In this document: one piece after another, positions 59,900 to 64,000 of the stretch | Layout: the number at the start of each line of letters is the position of its first letter | How positions within the stretch are numbered: position 1 is the stretch's first letter | Assembly (NCBI GenBank): GCA_022710715.1 | Contig: JAKLGJ010000004.1 | Span: 192,166 to 256,165 of the forward strand | Reading direction: 5' to 3' | DNA from: Candidatus Omnitrophota bacterium | GTDB lineage: Bacteria > Omnitrophota > Gorgyraeia > Gygaellales > Profunditerraquicolaceae | Length of the DNA: 64,000 nt | Position numbers and translations under genes: made by a program | Notes under the pieces: generated by a model | What the model was told of the DNA's origin: nothing | The model's database searches: none | What the model saw: the letters and a program-made list of their open reading frames with translations, nothing else

Positions 59900-61705
59900 A
59901 TGCGTGTTTTGATAAGGAGCAGAGAACCGGTGTCGCAAACACAACTTGACGTCAAATTGCTGGAAGTCACCGATAACGCCCTGGCGATCATTTACGCCGC
60001 CTGCCGGCAGTGCTATTCCGATAAATTTGCCGGCGATATCTTTGACGACGGCAGCGCCGATCCCGGCAAAGCCGGGGAGTTCATCCGTAAAGTGGTCGCT
60101 TCCGGCCATGAAAGCCCGCTCGAGCATGCTAAATTCACCTTTGCTATCCAGGGCGTGTCGCGGGCGCTGACCCATCAGCTGGTGCGTCACCGGATCGCTT
60201 CTTTCTGTTTAACGGGAGATACGATAATCAAGGGAGCACGGAATGACAGTGCTCGGTCGTATAAAAAGTATACCTTGAAATCGTTGTATGAGAGAATGCT
60301 GACCCCGCACGGCAGGTCTCGTTTAAAACTGATCAGGTTGAATGCTTACGATGAGCAGGGGAAGGTATTTGATCGGGGGAAGATCAAAACAATTCTGTAC
60401 ACCGGCAGGCAAATGGTATGGCGGGTGAAGTTGACTAACGGCCAGAGCATAAAAGCCACGATTAATCATCGGTTTTTAACGCGAGATGGCTGGTTGCCTT
60501 TGGAAGATATTATACGCGTCAGACCTCAACTGGGCGTTAACGGTATTGCTTGCCGGCATCCGAGTTTTGCTGTGCTTAGAAACAGGCAATGGCTGGAGGA
60601 GCAATATAGTCTCAAGAATCTGAAGCAAGAAACTATTGCGAAGCTGATTGGATGCTCCGGTCATACGGTGAGAAGCTGGGTATTCAAGCATGGTTTACAG
60701 AAAGAAATCGGCGGTTTGCATGGGCATCCTCCCAATCGTGGATATCATTGGAAGCTTAATCGCAATCGCACCCTTGAGGAGAAAAAGGCGATTTCCGAGA
60801 GGATGAAAGGCCCGCGCAATCCTATGTGGAAGGGGGGAGTTACGCGGTTGGACGTTACCTTGCGCAAAATGGTATCTCCCGAAGTCCGTAAGGACATTTA
60901 TAGGCGAGATGGTTTTCAATGTCGCCTGTGCAAGCAGGTTGGAGGCCGTTTGACGCTGCATCATCGGGTGCCGCTCTATGTCAATCCGGTCGACCCGGCG
61001 GATACAGATAATTTAGTGACTCTTTGCAGGAAATGCCATTTTAAAGTGAACAATCATGAAATGGAATATATGAATATTTTCGGAATTGACCCTATACCCT
61101 ATCATGCCAGGTCAAGCGGTTGTTTTCGAGTCATAAAATGGGTAGAGATAGCCAGTATTGAGTGTGCAGGGATCGAAGACACGTACGATATAGAGATGCA
61201 GGCTCCGCACCATAATTTTGTAGCCAACGGTTTTGTCGTTCATAATTCACAGCAGTCGCAACGCTATGTCAAGGAGTCCCAGTTCGATTACATCATCCCG
61301 CCTTCCATCGAGAAGGATCCGCGCAAGAAAGAGGTTTTTCTCCAGACCATGAAGGAGATACAGGAACAGTACAATAAACTGCTCGCGTTGTACAAAGAAG
61401 GCGGACAGCAGGGGGAAGTCGCCAACCAGGACGCGCGTTTTGTCCTGCCGCAGGCCGCCGAGACCAAAATCGTGGTAAGCATGAACTGCCGGGAATTGCT
61501 GCATTTTTTCAAGCACCGCTGCTGCGTGCGGGCCCAGTGGGAGATCCGGGCTTTAGCCGGCCGCATGCTGGCCATGGCCAGGGAGAAACTGCCCGAAATC
61601 TTCGGCGCCGCCGGCGCGAAGTGCGAATCGCTTGGGTATTGTCCGGAAGGGGAGAAATTCAGCTGCGGTAAATATCCCTCCAAAGATAAAGTCCTGAAAG
61701 TGTAA
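59900..61705 (+). CDS. thyX: Flavin-dependent thymidylate synthase ThyX interrupted by an intein
   Basis: The ThyX signature RHRIASF|SQQSQRY is split by the insert. Remaining exteins total about 254 aa. Confidence 0.88.
   Translation: MRVLIRSREPVSQTQLDVKLLEVTDNALAIIYAACRQCYSDKFAGDIFDDGSADPGKAGEFIRKVVASGHESPLEHAKFTFAIQGVSRALTHQLVRHRIASFCLTGDTIIKGARNDSARSYKKYTLKSLYERMLTPHGRSRLKLIRLNAYDEQGKVFDRGKIKTILYTGRQMVWRVKLTNGQSIKATINHRFLTRDGWLPLEDIIRVRPQLGVNGIACRHPSFAVLRNRQWLEEQYSLKNLKQETIAKLIGCSGHTVRSWVFKHGLQKEIGGLHGHPPNRGYHWKLNRNRTLEEKKAISERMKGPRNPMWKGGVTRLDVTLRKMVSPEVRKDIYRRDGFQCRLCKQVGGRLTLHHRVPLYVNPVDPADTDNLVTLCRKCHFKVNNHEMEYMNIFGIDPIPYHARSSGCFRVIKWVEIASIECAGIEDTYDIEMQAPHHNFVANGFVVHNSQQSQRYVKESQFDYIIPPSIEKDPRKKEVFLQTMKEIQEQYNKLLALYKEGGQQGEVANQDARFVLPQAAETKIVVSMNCRELLHFFKHRCCVRAQWEIRALAGRMLAMAREKLPEIFGAAGAKCESLGYCPEGEKFSCGKYPSKDKVLKV
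60206..61246 (+). mobile_element. ThyX intein (347 aa) with HNH homing-endonuclease domain
   Basis: Starts with Cys (CLTGDTII), block B-like KATINHRF, an HNH module (CRLC...HHRVP...N...CRKCH), block F YDIEMQAPHHNFVA and block G GFVVHN followed by +1 Ser. Confidence 0.85.
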
Positions 61706-61731
61706 TCTCCGTTTGATGCTCTTGGCTCCCT

Positions 61732-62646
61732 ATGAAAGAACTCTACTACAAATTTTCCGACTATTTCCGAAAACAGGGATTTAAAGGGCGGGTGCATAAA
61801 GTAACGGTCGATGCGGGATTTTCCTGTCCCAACCGCGACGGCACGCGTTCCCGCGGAGGCTGTATCTATTGCAGCAATGAAGGATTCAGCGTGCACACCC
61901 GCGCGCCCGGTCTGGCCATCGAGCAGCAGATCGCCCAGGGCATGCAAGCTTTGAGAAAACGGTTCAAGGCGGAAAAGTTCATCGTTTACTTCCAGGCTTA
62001 TTCCAATACTTACGCTTCCGTGGATCAACTTAAGCGGGCGTATGATACCATAAAACAATTCCCCGATGTCGCGGGGCTGGCGATTGCCACCCGGCCCGAC
62101 TGTATCGACGAGCAGATCCTCGCGTTGATCGATTCCTATACCGCCAAATACGATGTCTGGATTGAATATGGGCTGCAGAGTATCCACAACCGCACGCTGG
62201 TATACATTAACCGCGGCCATTTATACGAGGATTTTCTCGATGCCGTGTATAAGACCCGGAAATTCAAGCGCATCAAAATATGCGCGCATGCGATCGTTGG
62301 CCTGCCGTTCGAAACGGAGGCGATGATTCTGGATACCGCCCGGGCAATCGGACAGCTCAAGCTGGACGGTGTCAAGATCCATCCGTTGCATGTGATCAAA
62401 GGAACGGCCCTGGAGACATTGTATCGCCGGGGAGAGTTCAAGCCGATGACGCGCGATGAATATGTCGACCTGGCGGCGAAGTTCCTGGAATACCTCTGGC
62501 CGCAAACAGTGATCCAGCGATTGACCGCGGATTGCCCGCCGGATCTGCTGGTTGCGCCGTTGTGGCTGCTGGAAAAGCAGCGCGTCCTGTCTGAAATCGA
62601 ACGCCACCTCGCGGCGCAACATACTTTTCAAGGCCGCCGCTTTTAG
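61732..62646 (+). CDS. TIGR01212-family radical SAM protein
   Basis: CPNRDGTRSRGGCIYC cluster motif and overall YhcC/TIGR01212-like sequence. Confidence 0.7.
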   Translation: MKELYYKFSDYFRKQGFKGRVHKVTVDAGFSCPNRDGTRSRGGCIYCSNEGFSVHTRAPGLAIEQQIAQGMQALRKRFKAEKFIVYFQAYSNTYASVDQLKRAYDTIKQFPDVAGLAIATRPDCIDEQILALIDSYTAKYDVWIEYGLQSIHNRTLVYINRGHLYEDFLDAVYKTRKFKRIKICAHAIVGLPFETEAMILDTARAIGQLKLDGVKIHPLHVIKGTALETLYRRGEFKPMTRDEYVDLAAKFLEYLWPQTVIQRLTADCPPDLLVAPLWLLEKQRVLSEIERHLAAQHTFQGRRF

Positions 62647-62772
62647 CAGACGCTTTCCCCATCTTTATGTGTAGCATGTAGTTACAACAATATTATTCCT
62701 GATCATTGAATTGGTTCATAAATAATATTTTTGTAAGTCGATGATCCGTCTGCGGATGGGGAAAGCGTCTGC
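62646..62772. repeat. 127 bp TIR-flanked (MITE-like) element, copy B
   Basis: Perfect 18 bp TIRs GCAGACGCTTTCCCCATC at 62646-62663 and GATGGGGAAAGCGTCTGC at 62755-62772. Begins at the G of the TAG stop. Shares internal motifs with the copy at 13970-14096. Confidence 0.65.
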
Positions 62773-62801
62773 GGTTGATTAGGAAGGGGAGATGTGATAT
62801 A

Positions 62802-63920
62802 ATGGCTACTACTATGGATATGACCCCGCAACGAGAAACTCCGCTCATCGCTGAACATCGCACATTGCAGGCAAAGCTGGCGCCGTTCGGCGGCTGGCTG
62901 ATGCCGATCCAATACGAAGGCATTCTGGCAGAACATCACTGGACGCGCAATAATGTCTGCGTGTTCGATATCTGCCACATGGGCGAGTTCCAGGTCCAGG
63001 GCGATCTGGCTTCCAGCAATCTCGACCACGTGGTAACCATCAACCTCACCGGCATGGCAACCGGGCAGTGCCGTTACGGCTTTATGCTCAATCAGGCCGG
63101 CGGGGTCATTGACGATCTGGTCGTGTACCGGCTCGGGGAAAAGGAATGGATGCTGGTCGTCAATGCCGCGACCGAGGAGAACGACGAACATCACCTTCTG
63201 CGCAATCTTTCCCGCGACATCACTTTCAAGAATATCTCCGGCCAGACCGGAAAACTCGACGTGCAGGGACCGCTGTCCGGTGTCATTCTCAAGGATCTCG
63301 TCGGCGCGGATGTCGCAAAATTAGCGTACTATACGTTCGCTAAATTCAAACTGCTCGGCGAAGACGTGATCGTCAGCCGTACCGGTTATACCGGCGAACT
63401 GGGATACGAAATTTATATTTCCAGCGCGAAAGTGGTTGAATTATGGCGGCTTCTGCTTAAGAACAGCCGGGTTAAACCCGCCGGCCTGGGCGCGCGCGAT
63501 ACGCTGCGTCTGGAAATGGGCTATCCGCTCTACGGTCAGGATCTGGATACCCAGACTACCCCGGTAGAAGCGGGGCTTTCCGGCTTTGTAGATTTCTCCA
63601 AGGATTTCATCGGGAAATTATCCCTGGTGGCCCAGAAAGACGGGGGGCCGAGTCGGCGCTTGCGCTGTTTCCAGAGCGATTCACGCCGCGCGCCCCGGCA
63701 TAATTACAAAATTTACCTTAAGGACAAGGAGATCGGCGCAGTTACCAGCGGTTCATTCTCTCCCACTCTTGGCTGCGGCATTGCCATGGGGTATGTCAGC
63801 TGCGAGCTCAAAACCGGCGAGCAGGTTAATCTTAAGGAAAATCAGATCGATATCCCCGCGCGGGTCGTGACCCGGCCATTTTACAAGCAGGGGACAGCCA
63901 AGTCGGAGGAAATCAGATGA
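62802..63920 (+). CDS. gcvT: Glycine cleavage system T protein (aminomethyltransferase)
   Basis: GcvT N-terminus ([25 protein letters not shown]). ATG at 62802; the ORF-track start at 62775 is TTG inside the repeat element. Confidence 0.88.
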   Translation: MATTMDMTPQRETPLIAEHRTLQAKLAPFGGWLMPIQYEGILAEHHWTRNNVCVFDICHMGEFQVQGDLASSNLDHVVTINLTGMATGQCRYGFMLNQAGGVIDDLVVYRLGEKEWMLVVNAATEENDEHHLLRNLSRDITFKNISGQTGKLDVQGPLSGVILKDLVGADVAKLAYYTFAKFKLLGEDVIVSRTGYTGELGYEIYISSAKVVELWRLLLKNSRVKPAGLGARDTLRLEMGYPLYGQDLDTQTTPVEAGLSGFVDFSKDFIGKLSLVAQKDGGPSRRLRCFQSDSRRAPRHNYKIYLKDKEIGAVTSGSFSPTLGCGIAMGYVSCELKTGEQVNLKENQIDIPARVVTRPFYKQGTAKSEEIR

Positions 63921-64000
63921 ACGTACCGCAGCAGCTTTTCTATACCAAAGAACACGAGTGGGTCAAGATCGACGGAAAAACCGCGACATTCGGCATCACC
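63917..64000 (+). CDS. gcvH: Glycine cleavage system H protein, 5' fragment running off the window
   Basis: [28 protein letters not shown] matches the GcvH N-terminus. The ATG overlaps the gcvT TGA. Confidence 0.75.
   Translation, partial: MNVPQQLFYTKEHEWVKIDGKTATFGIT

Noticed and set aside
62647-62801. Glycine riboswitch upstream of gcvT
   Set aside because: The long inverted repeat seen here is the TIR of the 127 bp repeat, which is also present at 13970, and not the tandem-aptamer riboswitch. No conserved glycine-aptamer core was recognised. An Infernal scan would be definitive.

Overview
This is a 64 kb window from a bacterial chromosome with moderately high GC. The organism is a diderm (Gram-negative): BamA, Skp and LpxD/C/A/I are present. 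Gene density is high and about 70 of the 71 protein genes lie on the + strand.

Gene content is mostly housekeeping, in window order:
- an ilvD-ilvB-ilvN-ilvC-leuA-aroE branched-chain amino-acid operon
- LemA and a DUF2207 membrane protein
- a cutA-ccdA-tlpA thiol-disulfide cluster
- cobB, pncB and pncA for NAD salvage
- a porGDAB pyruvate:ferredoxin oxidoreductase operon
- hisG, a split transketolase and ispE
- a spoVG-tRNA-glmU-prs-ctc-pth-rpsF-ssb-rpsR-rplI-dnaB block
- a bamA-skp-lpxD-(lpxC/fabZ fusion)-lpxA-lpxI envelope cluster
- serS, a cheW-mcp chemotaxis pair, and gcvT-gcvH

There are four tRNA genes: Gln-UUG, Arg-UCG, Lys-CUU and Ser-UGA.

The non-housekeeping content is what stands out:
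1. Two intein-interrupted genes: RtcB RNA ligase carries a ~510 aa LAGLIDADG intein at its catalytic Cys, and ThyX carries a ~347 aa HNH intein inside the RHR...S signature.
2. An archease-PilZ-RtcB RNA-repair module sits immediately downstream of a radical SAM gene and two tRNAs.
3. The tRNA-Arg gene is preceded by two tandem 68 bp repeats, each carrying a copy of its leader and first 7 nt plus a strong hairpin. The tRNA-Ser gene is preceded 111 bp upstream by a copy of its first 21 nt.
4. A 127 bp repeat with 18 bp terminal inverted repeats (GCAGACGCTTTCCCCATC) occurs twice, each time abutting a TAG stop codon. A possible degenerate third copy follows a TAA stop.
5. A 949 aa secreted protein combines an N-terminal C39-like cysteine peptidase domain, Gly/Ser/Ala-rich linkers with internal repeats, and a C-terminal HEIAH zincin domain. 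It sits between the LemA/DUF2207 pair and a prepilin peptidase.
6. SpoVG carries an inserted zinc ribbon, the GlmU homologue is C-terminally short, and a 33 aa highly basic bS22-like ORF follows hisG.
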